Shown: one piece after another, positions 52,439-61,158 of the stretch
How positions within the stretch are numbered: the stretch's first letter is position 1
Layout of the letters: each line of letters starts with the position of its first letter
Origin: an uncultured Chloroflexia bacterium
GTDB taxonomy: Bacteria; Chloroflexota; Limnocylindria; Limnocylindrales; CSP1-4
Direction: 5' to 3'
Assembly (NCBI GenBank): GCA_963713975.1
Contig: OY970218.1
Location: 3,168,001 to 3,232,000 of the forward strand
DNA: 64,000 nt
Notes under the pieces: model-generated
Databases searched by the model: none
What the model was told of the DNA's origin: nothing
The model's input: only the letters and a program-made list of their open reading frames with translations
Program-made: the position numbers and the translations under genes

Positions 52439-53674
52439 ATGACAGCCGCCACCCGCCCTCTCGTCACCCCGGTTCGCACGCGCGCCGCCCGCGTCGCCGT
52501 CAGCTCCCTGTTCATCGCCAACGGCGCGATCTCCGCGTCGATCCTGCCCCGCCTGCCGGCCATCAAGGACAATCTCGGCCTCTCCAACGGGGAACTGGGG
52601 ACGGCCGTGGCCGCCATGCCGCTCGGCGGCCTCATCGCAGGCGGCCTGGTGGGGTTCCTGATCGTGCGTTTCGGGAGCGGCCGCGTCGCGACCGTCGCGG
52701 GGCTGCTGGCGGCCTTGACGCTCGTGGCGGTGGGCCTGGCGAGCTCGTGGCTCACGCTCGCCCTGGCGATGCTGGTCCTGGGCATGTTCGACGCGACGAT
52801 GGACGCGTCGATGAACGCCCACGGGCTCGGCCTCCAGCGGGTGTATGGACGATCGATCCTGCAGGGTTTCCACGGTATGTGGAGCATCGGCAGCCTGGCG
52901 GCCGCGGCCGTTGGGGCCGTCGCCGCCGCCGCCGGCGTGCCGGTCTCGACCAGCCTGGCAGCGGCCGCGGCCGTGGCAGCCATCGGGGTGCTCCTGGCGG
53001 GCCACTGGCTGCTTCCTGCCGCGGTCGCGGACGCGCCGCACGACGCCGCCGGTGAGGAGGTGATCCATCTCCGGAGCACGCCGCGCCTCCTCCGGGTGCT
53101 GCTCCCGATCGCGCTGCTGGGCATCCTGTGCGTCACGATCCAGGGTTCCGCCGCGACCTGGAGCGCCGTGTACCTGGCCGACGTGCTCGGGCAGCCCGCC
53201 GGCATCGCCGCGACCGCGTTCGTGGTCTACATGGGTGCGATGGTCCTGGGCCGCCTCACCAACGACCGGTGGATCGACCGCTGGGGCAGCACGACCGTCG
53301 TGCGGGCCGGGGCCGTCATTGCCTCGGCGGGGCTGGTGCTCGCGATCGTCGCCGCGCCGCTCACCGCGCCCGTGCTGGCCTTCATCGGGTTTGCCGGCGT
53401 TGGCCTGGGCTCGTCACCGATGTTCCCGGTCATGATCGGAGCGGCGGGCTCGCAACCGGGTATCCCCGCCGGCCATGGTGTCGCGATCGTCGCGTGGCTG
53501 GTCCGGATCGGGCTGATCCTCGCCCCCGCCGTTGTGGGTGCGGCCGCCGACGCATGGGGGCTGGCCGCGGCGCTGCTGATCCCGCTGGCCGCCGGGGTCG
53601 CGATCGTCGTGGTCGCGCCGGTGCTCACGGGCGCGCCCCGGGAACGCACTCGGGTCCCGGTCGCCGCGGACTGA
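52439..53674 (+). CDS. MFS transporter
   Basis: about 12 TMs, DASMNAHG, FHGMWSIG, GRLTNDRWIDRWG. Confidence 0.9.
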   Translation: MTAATRPLVTPVRTRAARVAVSSLFIANGAISASILPRLPAIKDNLGLSNGELGTAVAAMPLGGLIAGGLVGFLIVRFGSGRVATVAGLLAALTLVAVGLASSWLTLALAMLVLGMFDATMDASMNAHGLGLQRVYGRSILQGFHGMWSIGSLAAAAVGAVAAAAGVPVSTSLAAAAAVAAIGVLLAGHWLLPAAVADAPHDAAGEEVIHLRSTPRLLRVLLPIALLGILCVTIQGSAATWSAVYLADVLGQPAGIAATAFVVYMGAMVLGRLTNDRWIDRWGSTTVVRAGAVIASAGLVLAIVAAPLTAPVLAFIGFAGVGLGSSPMFPVMIGAAGSQPGIPAGHGVAIVAWLVRIGLILAPAVVGAAADAWGLAAALLIPLAAGVAIVVVAPVLTGAPRERTRVPVAAD

Positions 53675-53675
53675 C

Positions 53676-56636
53676 CTACCCCTCGACCGTGGCCGGAGCC
53701 TCGTCAACCTCGGCAAGCGCGGCATCCCGGCGCGACACCGGCGTCATCCCCTCCCAAGAGTCACCCGTCTTCACCTCGACCGTGAGCGGCACCGACAGCG
53801 GCAGCGCACCCTCCATGGCCGTCCGCAGGACCGGCACCAAGCGTTCGACCTCGTCGCGCGGAGCCTCGAGCAGCAGTTCGTCGTGCACCGAGAGCAGGAC
53901 CCGCGACCGGAATCCGCCCTCGCGCAACGCCCGATCGGTACGGATCATCGCGATCTTGACGATGTCGGCCGCCGTGCCCTGGATCGGCATGTTGATCGCC
54001 ATCCGCTCGCCGGCCGACTTGAGCGCCCGATTCGACGACCGCAGCTCCGGGATCTGCCGCTTGCGACCCAGGAGGGTGGCAACGTAGCCCTGCTCGGCGG
54101 CGGTCTCCCGGATGTGGAGCATGTAGCGGCTGATGCCGCTGTACGCCGCGAAGTAGGAGGTGATGAACTCCTGCGCGTCCTGGCGGCTGATGCCGGCCCG
54201 GCTGGACAGCCCGAAGTCGCTCATGCCGTAGGCGAGCCCGAAGTTGACCATTTTGGCCATGGAGCGCTCGTCGCCGGTCACGTCCTCGGGCGCCTTGCGC
54301 AGCACGCGGGCTGCCGTCTCCCGGTGGATGTCCGCCTCCCGGGCGAAGGCGTCGGCAAGGTGCTCGTCACCCGACACGTGGGCGAGGATCCGGAGCTCGA
54401 TCTGGCTGTAGTCGGCGGCGACCAGGGTGGTCTCCGGTGAGCCGGCCACGAACGCGTGGCGGATCCGGCGGCCCAGCGGCGTGCGGATCGGGATGTTCTG
54501 GAGGTTGGGGTCCGACGACGACAGGCGCCCGGTGGCCGCGACGGCCTGGTGGAATAGCGTGTGCAGCCGCCCGTCGGGGCCGAGCAGGTTGGGCAGGGCC
54601 TCCACGTAGGTCGAGCGCAGCTTGGAGTAGATGCGCCACTCCAACACCGGCTGGACCACGGGGTGGACGCCCCGCAGCTCCTCGAGGACCGTCGCGTCCG
54701 TGGAGTAGCCGGTCTTGGTCTTGCGGCCCCTTGGCAGGCCCAGCTCGACGAACAGGATCTCGCCCAGCTGCTTCGGGCTGCCGATGGTGAACTGGTGGCC
54801 GACGACCGCGTAGATCTCCTCTTCCAGGCGCGTGATCTCGGTCGCGAACTCGCGCTCGAGGGCCCCGAGCGCGTCACGGTCCAGGGCGACGCCGGCCGCC
54901 TCCATCCGGGCCAGGATCGGGATCAGCGGGAGCTCGATCTCCGCGAACAGGCGGTCCACGCCCTCGTCACGCAGGGCCTGCTCCAGCGAGGGGCGAACGG
55001 CAAGGACGGAGAGGGCCTCCAGGCCGGCGACGGCCGGCGGTGGGAGGTCGGCGGCCGACGGCGGCAGGACGAGGTCGAGCCGCTCTGCGACGACGTCCGC
55101 GATCTTCTGCGCGCGCAGCGCGGCGTTGACGAGGTAGGCGGCGACCTGGGTGTCGAACGCCACCGGGGTGGGCTGGGCGTCCGGCTCCTCGGCGAGCCGG
55201 GCGGTGAGCATGGCCTTGACCTCGTGGCCCACGAGCGGGGTGCCCAGGCGCTCCAGGAGGTGGCGGAGGGCCGTCGACGCCGCCGCTCCGTCGGCTGCGA
55301 CCGTGCGTCCGTCGGCACCGGCCACGGCGATCGACAGCGGTGTGCCGGCCAGGGGTCGCGGGTCATCCACGACGAGCGCGACGCCAACCGCGTCCTGCTC
55401 GCGCAGCCACGGCTCCAGGGTGGCCACCCGCTCCTCGTCCGCGAGCTCGACCCGGCCAGGGTCCACGATGGCCGCAGCCAGCGCGCCCGCCAGGTCGCCG
55501 GTCGCCGCCGCGATCGCGTCGGCCCGTGCCTCGATCGCCGGTGAGGTCGCCGCGATCGAGGGGCTTGCCGCGGGGCGGCCATCCGACACCATGTCGAAGT
55601 CCATGGACAGCTGCAGTGAGGCGTCGCCCCGGCGGGATGAGTCCTGGCCGGTCACGCTTCCGGACCGCGTGCTGCCACCGTCCCGCCCACGGCCCTGGGC
55701 CGCCGGGAAGCCGGCGTCGCGGAGATCGCGCATCGCCATCACAGCGTCCTCCGGTCGCTCGCCCACCAGGGGCGGCAGCCGGTCGATGAGCGTGCGGAAC
55801 TCGAACTCGCGGAACAGCCGGACGACCTCCTCGCGGTCGTACTCCCCCACCCGTCCGCGGACCGGGTCGAGGTCCACGTCCACGTCGCGAACGAGGCGCA
55901 TCAGCTCGCGGCTCTCGAGCACGGTCTCCCGGTGCTCCTCGAGGAGCGGCCGGAGCTTCTCGGGGGTCACCTGGTCGATGTGCTCGTACACCGTGTCGAG
56001 CGTCTCCCACGTGGCGATCAGCTTCGAGGCGGTCTTCTCCCCTACTCCCGGGATGCCCGGGATGTTGTCCGTGGGGTCTCCCTTGAGCGCCTTGTAGTCC
56101 AGCATCTGGTCCGGTCGGAGGCCCCAGCGCTCGGCGATCTTCGCGAGGTCGTAGGCGACCGTGTTGGCGACGCCTCCGCGGAGCGACACCATCAGTCGGG
56201 TGCGCTCGGAGACCAGCTGCAGCATGTCCAGGTCGCCGGTGAGGATCGTGACCTCGAGGCCGATCGCCTCGGCCTGGCCCGTGAGGGTAGCGATCACGTC
56301 GTCGGCCTCGAACCCCTCTCGCTCATACACCGGGATGCCCAGCGCGTGGACCACGTCCCGGACCTTCGGGATCTGCTCCCGCATGTCATCCGGCATCCTG
56401 GTCCGCGTGCCCTTGTACTCCGCGTACCGCTCATGGCGGAAGGTCGGCTTGCCGAGGTCGAAGGCCACCGCGATGCGATCCGGTTTCACGTCGGTGATGG
56501 CGCGCAGGACGATGTTCGTGAACCCGAACACGGCCGTCACCAGCTCGCCCTTCGACGTGGTGAGCGGCTGGTCGATGAGCGCGAAGTAGCCGCGGTAGAT
56601 GAGCCCGTTGCCGTCGAGCAGCAGGAGGCGTTCCAT
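53676..56636 (-). CDS. polA: DNA polymerase I
   Basis: LLDGN, EADDVIAT, GVGEKTA, TGRLSS, DYSQIELR, VNFGLAYG, VHDEL. Confidence 0.97.
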   Translation of the reverse strand: MERLLLLDGNGLIYRGYFALIDQPLTTSKGELVTAVFGFTNIVLRAITDVKPDRIAVAFDLGKPTFRHERYAEYKGTRTRMPDDMREQIPKVRDVVHALGIPVYEREGFEADDVIATLTGQAEAIGLEVTILTGDLDMLQLVSERTRLMVSLRGGVANTVAYDLAKIAERWGLRPDQMLDYKALKGDPTDNIPGIPGVGEKTASKLIATWETLDTVYEHIDQVTPEKLRPLLEEHRETVLESRELMRLVRDVDVDLDPVRGRVGEYDREEVVRLFREFEFRTLIDRLPPLVGERPEDAVMAMRDLRDAGFPAAQGRGRDGGSTRSGSVTGQDSSRRGDASLQLSMDFDMVSDGRPAASPSIAATSPAIEARADAIAAATGDLAGALAAAIVDPGRVELADEERVATLEPWLREQDAVGVALVVDDPRPLAGTPLSIAVAGADGRTVAADGAAASTALRHLLERLGTPLVGHEVKAMLTARLAEEPDAQPTPVAFDTQVAAYLVNAALRAQKIADVVAERLDLVLPPSAADLPPPAVAGLEALSVLAVRPSLEQALRDEGVDRLFAEIELPLIPILARMEAAGVALDRDALGALEREFATEITRLEEEIYAVVGHQFTIGSPKQLGEILFVELGLPRGRKTKTGYSTDATVLEELRGVHPVVQPVLEWRIYSKLRSTYVEALPNLLGPDGRLHTLFHQAVAATGRLSSSDPNLQNIPIRTPLGRRIRHAFVAGSPETTLVAADYSQIELRILAHVSGDEHLADAFAREADIHRETAARVLRKAPEDVTGDERSMAKMVNFGLAYGMSDFGLSSRAGISRQDAQEFITSYFAAYSGISRYMLHIRETAAEQGYVATLLGRKRQIPELRSSNRALKSAGERMAINMPIQGTAADIVKIAMIRTDRALREGGFRSRVLLSVHDELLLEAPRDEVERLVPVLRTAMEGALPLSVPLTVEVKTGDSWEGMTPVSRRDAALAEVDEAPATVEG

Positions 56637-57028
56637 CGGCGGACCCGTGCGGGTTGGGACGCCACCAGTGTAGCCGCGCAGGAGCCGTGGGCGGCCGACG
56701 CCTGCCGGTCGCCAGGCTGCCCGTTCGGCGCCTGCCGCCCCTTCGGCGCCCGGCCGCCACGCGGCCCGTTCGGCGCTCGTGGGCGACGTCCTGCTCGCGT
56801 GGGCGAACAGTCGAGGGTGATTTGCGGCTTCCGTCATCCAACTGCTCGCCATCGGCGAGCGCATCAGGGATCGCGGTCGTCGGCCGGGCCGCCCGGCGAG
56901 CGGGTCTGGCCGCGGCCCAGGTTCGGATCATGCGACGGTCAGCGGGCAGCTCGCCGACGATGCCCACGATGGGGCGCCACGGTTCGGGTTCGGCTGCCCC
57001 AGTGGGATTGAGCCTCGGCGGGCCCGGC

Positions 57029-57847
57029 TCAGGTGGTCCGACGAGTGATGAGCCGGGCACCGAGTCGCAGCCCGGCGAGCCCCAGGCCGACGACGAGCAT
57101 GACACCGGCAAGCAGCCCGAGAGGCTCGGTCGACGATGTCCAGGAATTCGTCGGGTTCGATGCCAGGTCCCGCTCCGCCATGTAGGCACCGGCGCCCGGT
57201 GGGGCCAAGTTCCCCGTGGCGGAGCCATCGGTCTTGCCCGATGGTTCGACGCCCTCCAGTGGCACCGCAAACAGCGTGACGTCCGGCGATGCGGCGGCGT
57301 TCGAATCCCCGCCACCGGCCTGTGTGCCGGCGCGGATGCCCCCGTCACCAGCCCCCGCTGCAGCCGACTCCGCGGCCGGCATCTCGGCAGGGGCGGCGCT
57401 CGCGGCGGCGGCGGCAGCCGCTCCATCGGACTCGGCCTGGGCGTCCGTCGCGGCAGCCGGTGCCGATGCCGCGCCACCCATCGGGATGCCCAATCCGCCG
57501 GCGACGAGGACGCCCGCGATGCCCAGGGCGGCAAGCCCGCCGCCGAGGGGTCCCGCGAAGGCGAACCGCGGCCCCGCGAACGGGGCGAGCAGGCGGCGCC
57601 ACCCGGCGGGCCGGAGCGAGGCTGCCTGGTCCCCGGTCAGGCGGAAGTCGCGGGTCCGGACGGGCGCGGGCAGCGATGCCGTTGCCGTGGCGATCGCGCG
57701 CAGGTCGTGGTGGAGGACGGCGCACTCGTCACAGGTGGCCACCAGGGCGGCCGCGGCATCCAGGTCAGGACCCGTCGCATCCCCCGCGGCGTAGGCGGCG
57801 ATGACGAGCTGGTCGTGGCCGGCGTGGCCGGCGGAGGGGTGCGGCAT
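57029..57847 (-). CDS. putative membrane anti-sigma factor, copy B
   Basis: zf-HC2-like N-terminus (AAYAAGD...CDEC), TM, Ala-rich linker, C-terminal TM. Confidence 0.7.
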   Translation of the reverse strand: MPHPSAGHAGHDQLVIAAYAAGDATGPDLDAAAALVATCDECAVLHHDLRAIATATASLPAPVRTRDFRLTGDQAASLRPAGWRRLLAPFAGPRFAFAGPLGGGLAALGIAGVLVAGGLGIPMGGAASAPAAATDAQAESDGAAAAAAASAAPAEMPAAESAAAGAGDGGIRAGTQAGGGDSNAAASPDVTLFAVPLEGVEPSGKTDGSATGNLAPPGAGAYMAERDLASNPTNSWTSSTEPLGLLAGVMLVVGLGLAGLRLGARLITRRTT

Positions 57848-57858
57848 GACCCTTCCCT

Positions 57859-57884
57859 GACGACGCGATGATCGTCCGGGTTCC
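57859..57884 (-). promoter_or_regulatory. ECF-type promoter GGAAC-N17-CGTC
   Basis: lies in the 38-bp gap before anti-sigma copy B. Confidence 0.6.
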
Positions 57885-57885
57885 G

Positions 57886-58668
57886 TCAAGCGTCCGAGAC
57901 GATGCGCCGGCTCGCCAGGCGCACCCCGAACAGGACCGCTCCGGCCAGGAGCGCCAGGCCCGAGACAAGGGGCAGCATGGGCGCCGTGCCGCCGTCCAAT
58001 TCAGGTGTCGCCTCGTATCCCGCCACCGCGTCCGCATCCGGTGATCCCGGCGCCTGCCCGGCCACGGAGTCCTTGTCAGCCGATACCTCGGGCGCGACGG
58101 GCTGGGCCTCGGGCGCGACCAGGCGGTCGACCCCCGGTGACTGCTGGCCGGCACGGACGCCCCCGTCACCGGCGCCTGCGGCAGCCGACTCCGCGGCCGG
58201 CATCTCGGCAGGGGCGGCGCTCGCGGCGGCGGCGGCAGCCGCTCCATCGGACTCGGCCTGGGCGTCCGTCGCGGCAGCCGGTGCCGATGCCGCGCCACCC
58301 ATCGGGATGCCCAATCCGCCGGCGACGAGGACGCCCGCGATGCCCAGGGCGGCAAGCCCGCCGCCGAGGGGTCCCGCGAAGGCGAACCGCGGCCCCGCGA
58401 ACGGGGCGAGCAGGCGGCGCCACCCGGCGGGCCGGAGCGAGGCTGCCTGGTCCCCGGTCAGGCGGAAGTCGCGGGTCCGGACGGGCGCGGGCAGCGATGC
58501 CGTTGCCGTGGCGATCGCGCGCAGGTCGTGGTGGAGGACGGCGCACTCGTCACAGGTGGCCACCAGGGCGGCCGCGGCATCCAGGTCAGGACCCGTCGCA
58601 TCCCCCGCGGCGTAGGCGGCGATGACGAGCTGGTCGTGGCCGGCGTGGCCGGCGGAGGGGTGCGGCAT
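57886..58668 (-). CDS. putative membrane anti-sigma factor, copy A
   Basis: start overlaps the sigma stop codon (TGATG); same N-terminus as copy B. Confidence 0.75.
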   Translation of the reverse strand: MPHPSAGHAGHDQLVIAAYAAGDATGPDLDAAAALVATCDECAVLHHDLRAIATATASLPAPVRTRDFRLTGDQAASLRPAGWRRLLAPFAGPRFAFAGPLGGGLAALGIAGVLVAGGLGIPMGGAASAPAAATDAQAESDGAAAAAAASAAPAEMPAAESAAAGAGDGGVRAGQQSPGVDRLVAPEAQPVAPEVSADKDSVAGQAPGSPDADAVAGYEATPELDGGTAPMLPLVSGLALLAGAVLFGVRLASRRIVSDA

Positions 58669-59285
58669 CAGTCGCCATCCCCCCGGAACAGCCCGATGGA
58701 GCCATCCAGCAGATCGCGCAGCGCAAGCCGCCCACGATGGATCCGCGATTTGACGGTCCCCAGGGACACGCCGGCGATCTCGGCGATCTCCGCGTAGTCG
58801 TAGCCCTCCACGTCGAACAGCACGATCGCCTGCCGCTGGTCCGGCGTGATCGATGCGAGGGCCGCGTTGAGCACACGCGCTCGCTCGCCCTGCATCGCCG
58901 TCCGGACCGGGTCGGCTTCCTCGCCGGCGGGCGGCTGCCAGCTCTCGTCCTCGAACTCCGGGTAGGGCTGGGACGGGCGCCGCTTCTTCAGGCGCTGCTG
59001 GTCCATCGCCGCGTTGATCGCGATCCGGCTCAGCCACGACCGGACGCTGCCACCCCTGAACGAGCGCATGTTGCGGTACGCCGAGAAGAACGCCTCCTGG
59101 ACGGCGTCGCCGGCCTGGTCGCGGTCGGGCACCATGCGCGCCACGAGACCGAACAGGTGATCCTGGTAGCACTCGACGAGATCGTTGAAGGCGTCGAGGC
59201 TGCCGTCTCGTGCCCGCTCCAGCAGGATGAGATCGCGGCGCTGGATCGGATCCTCGACGGCCTCCGACGGCCGGACGTCCTGCAC
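58668..59285 (-). CDS. ECF RNA polymerase sigma factor
   Basis: AFNDLV, DAVQEAF, WLSRIAIN, YAEIAEIAGVSLGTVKSRIHRGR; start inferred from AGGAGG. Confidence 0.93.
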   Translation of the reverse strand: MQDVRPSEAVEDPIQRRDLILLERARDGSLDAFNDLVECYQDHLFGLVARMVPDRDQAGDAVQEAFFSAYRNMRSFRGGSVRSWLSRIAINAAMDQQRLKKRRPSQPYPEFEDESWQPPAGEEADPVRTAMQGERARVLNAALASITPDQRQAIVLFDVEGYDYAEIAEIAGVSLGTVKSRIHRGRLALRDLLDGSIGLFRGDGD

Positions 59286-59392
59286 GACGGGCGCGGCCCT
59301 CCTGGCGACGATGGTGAGGCGCGGCGAGTCTAGCATCGGGTCCGGGCATGGGGGCCGGGCAGGCCGGCACGGGTACAGTGCATCCGCCCAAG

Positions 59393-59418
59393 GACGCGGC
59401 ACCCCCGGCGACGGTTCC
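59393..59418 (-). promoter_or_regulatory. ECF-type promoter GGAAC-N17-CGTC (candidate autoregulatory)
   Basis: about 110 nt upstream of the sigma gene. Confidence 0.65.
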
Positions 59419-59442
59419 GCTCCGCTACGATCACCTCCGCGC

Positions 59443-59528
59443 GGCGAAGTGGCGGAATGGCAGACGCGGCGGTCTCAAACACCGCTGAGGGCAACCTCGT
59501 GTGGGTTCGAATCCCACCTTCGCTACCA
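59443..59528 (+). tRNA. tRNA-Leu(CAA)
   Basis: long variable arm, loop CT-CAA-AC, GTTCGAATC, CCA end. Confidence 0.94.
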
Positions 59529-59591
59529 CGCTTCCTGTGCCCGATCGGGCCAGGCCACCGCGATCTGGCACCACGACAGGAGGCCGAGGGG

Positions 59592-59792
59592 TTGAGCACC
59601 AAGCACCAGAGCGAGAGCAGCAAGTCTCACAACGCCCGCAAGAAGCACGACCAGCAGGTCCGCCAGCGCGAGGAGACGACGGGCAACCCCTGGCACGAGT
59701 CGAAAGGCGCGCGCATCGGCATGGCCGCCATCGCCATCATCGCGGTCGTGTCGCTGACGCTCCTGTTCGTGGGTGGCGTGATCAAGTGGTAG
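59592..59792 (+). CDS. small membrane protein (66 aa)
   Basis: TTG start after GAGG; charged N-terminus and C-terminal TM; strong GC3 bias. Confidence 0.65.
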   Translation: MSTKHQSESSKSHNARKKHDQQVRQREETTGNPWHESKGARIGMAAIAIIAVVSLTLLFVGGVIKW

Positions 59793-59888
59793 CCGGCCCG
59801 GCCAGGGTCGATGCGCGCCAGGACCCGCCCGAGGCGGCGAGCGGGTAGACTCCCCGCCACGCAACCGTTCATCCCCCGCGGAGTCCCC

Positions 59889-60464
59889 ATGAGCCTCTTT
59901 CGCCGCGTCCTGAACCTCGACACTCCTGACTCGCCCGACCTCCCCGTCCATCCGGACGCCCCGATTCCGCCCACGGCCGTCGGTGAGACCGACAGCGTGC
60001 GCCTGCTCTCGCTCCGCCTCGACGGGTTCCCTCCGGCTCGCGCCCGGTACCTGGCAGCCTTTGCCTACCTGCTCGGGCGGGCCGCCAACGCGACGGAAGG
60101 CATGAGCGACGCCGAGCGATCCGCGATGCTGTCCATCGCCGACACCGGGGGGCTCGACACCGAGACGGCACGCCTGATCGTGGACATGGCGGCGACGCTG
60201 GCGGGTGAGTTCGGAGCGACCGAGGACTACCTCGTGACGCGCGAGTTCAAGGCGATCTCGACCATGGAGGAGCGCGAGCGGCTGCTGCGCTGCTGCTTCC
60301 TGGTGATGGCTGCCGACGACGAGGTCGATGCGACCGAGTCCTGGCTGGCGAACCGGATGGCCGAGGAGCTGGACGTGGAACGCCCGGACCTCAATCGCAT
60401 CCGCGAGGAGTTCTACGACAAGCTCTCCGGCGTGCGCGCCGTCCGCGAGGTCAGCGAGGGCTGA
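59889..60464 (+). CDS. TerB/DjlA-N-like protein
   Basis: GMSDAE and AADDEVDATE repeated motifs typical of the TerB fold. Confidence 0.75.
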   Translation: MSLFRRVLNLDTPDSPDLPVHPDAPIPPTAVGETDSVRLLSLRLDGFPPARARYLAAFAYLLGRAANATEGMSDAERSAMLSIADTGGLDTETARLIVDMAATLAGEFGATEDYLVTREFKAISTMEERERLLRCCFLVMAADDEVDATESWLANRMAEELDVERPDLNRIREEFYDKLSGVRAVREVSEG

Positions 60465-60537
60465 TCCGGGCTGCGGTCGCGCGGCCCTGCGGCGTGGTTC
60501 GCTGCTGAGAGGTGGTCGTGGTTCGGCAGTGACCCGC

Positions 60538-60697
60538 GTGCGTCCCACGCACGAACTCCGAGGACCTCTGTCCCGGACATGCGTCCACGGCACGTCTGAG
60601 ACAACACAACACGGGTGCACCGCCTCGACATGGTCCTGAACGTGCGCCCCACGCACATCGCCAGCTTGGACGACCGGAAATTGTGCGTCCGGCGCAC
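60538..60697. repeat. four-palindrome REP/MITE-like element, copy 2
   Basis: GTGCG-N5-CGCAC-like units at 60538, 60579, 60642, 60683. Confidence 0.7.
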
Positions 60698-60743
60698 GGC
60701 GCACGGCGGGACGAGCGGGCGGAGCGATGGACACGATGACCGC

Positions 60744-60769
60744 GGAACACAACGGTCTCGTGAAGCGTC
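60744..60769 (+). promoter_or_regulatory. ECF-type promoter GGAAC-N17-CGTC
   Basis: 29 nt upstream of the lipoprotein ATG. Confidence 0.6.
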
Positions 60770-60798
60770 CGGGCATCCGATGCCACAGGGAGTCCGTC

Positions 60799-61146
60799 AT
60801 GTCCAAGTTCGCTCTCGCGGTGGCTGCCTTGATCGTGGCGGCCTGCGGCCAGCCCGGTCCCACCGTCGTGCCGTCGCCCACACCACAGGTCGGCCCGTCG
60901 GCAACGCCGAGTTCGACAGTGGACGCGACCCGATCACCCTCGCCTGCAGGGACGCCGGGCTTCCCCTTCAGCGTGTCGTGCGGGCCGGTGGATCCGGCGG
61001 GCTGCGAGCAGTTAGCGGTCCGACTGGCCGAACTCGCGGCGGGGCACTATCCGGGCAAGACCATCTCGGGGATCACGATCGAGACCGACGGCAGCTACAC
61101 GATGACGTTCACTGACGGCACCGCTGTCGGCGCAACCGTGGACTGA
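60799..61146 (+). CDS. small putative lipoprotein
   Basis: lipobox VAAC, Pro/Thr linker, Cys pair; GGGAG SD. Confidence 0.78.
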   Translation: MSKFALAVAALIVAACGQPGPTVVPSPTPQVGPSATPSSTVDATRSPSPAGTPGFPFSVSCGPVDPAGCEQLAVRLAELAAGHYPGKTISGITIETDGSYTMTFTDGTAVGATVD

Positions 61147-61158
61147 GGGCGACGGTCC

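Larger units (their letters stand above)
57360..58668. repeat. 488-bp direct duplication (57360-57847 and 58181-58668)
   Basis: appears identical by eye at offset 821; begins exactly at the ATG of each gene. Confidence 0.92.

Noticed and set aside
60702-60715. cacggcgggacgag as a fourth copy of the R1-R3 repeat
   Set aside because: Only a 9-nt GC-rich match; flanking conserved positions and the -10 spacing are missing
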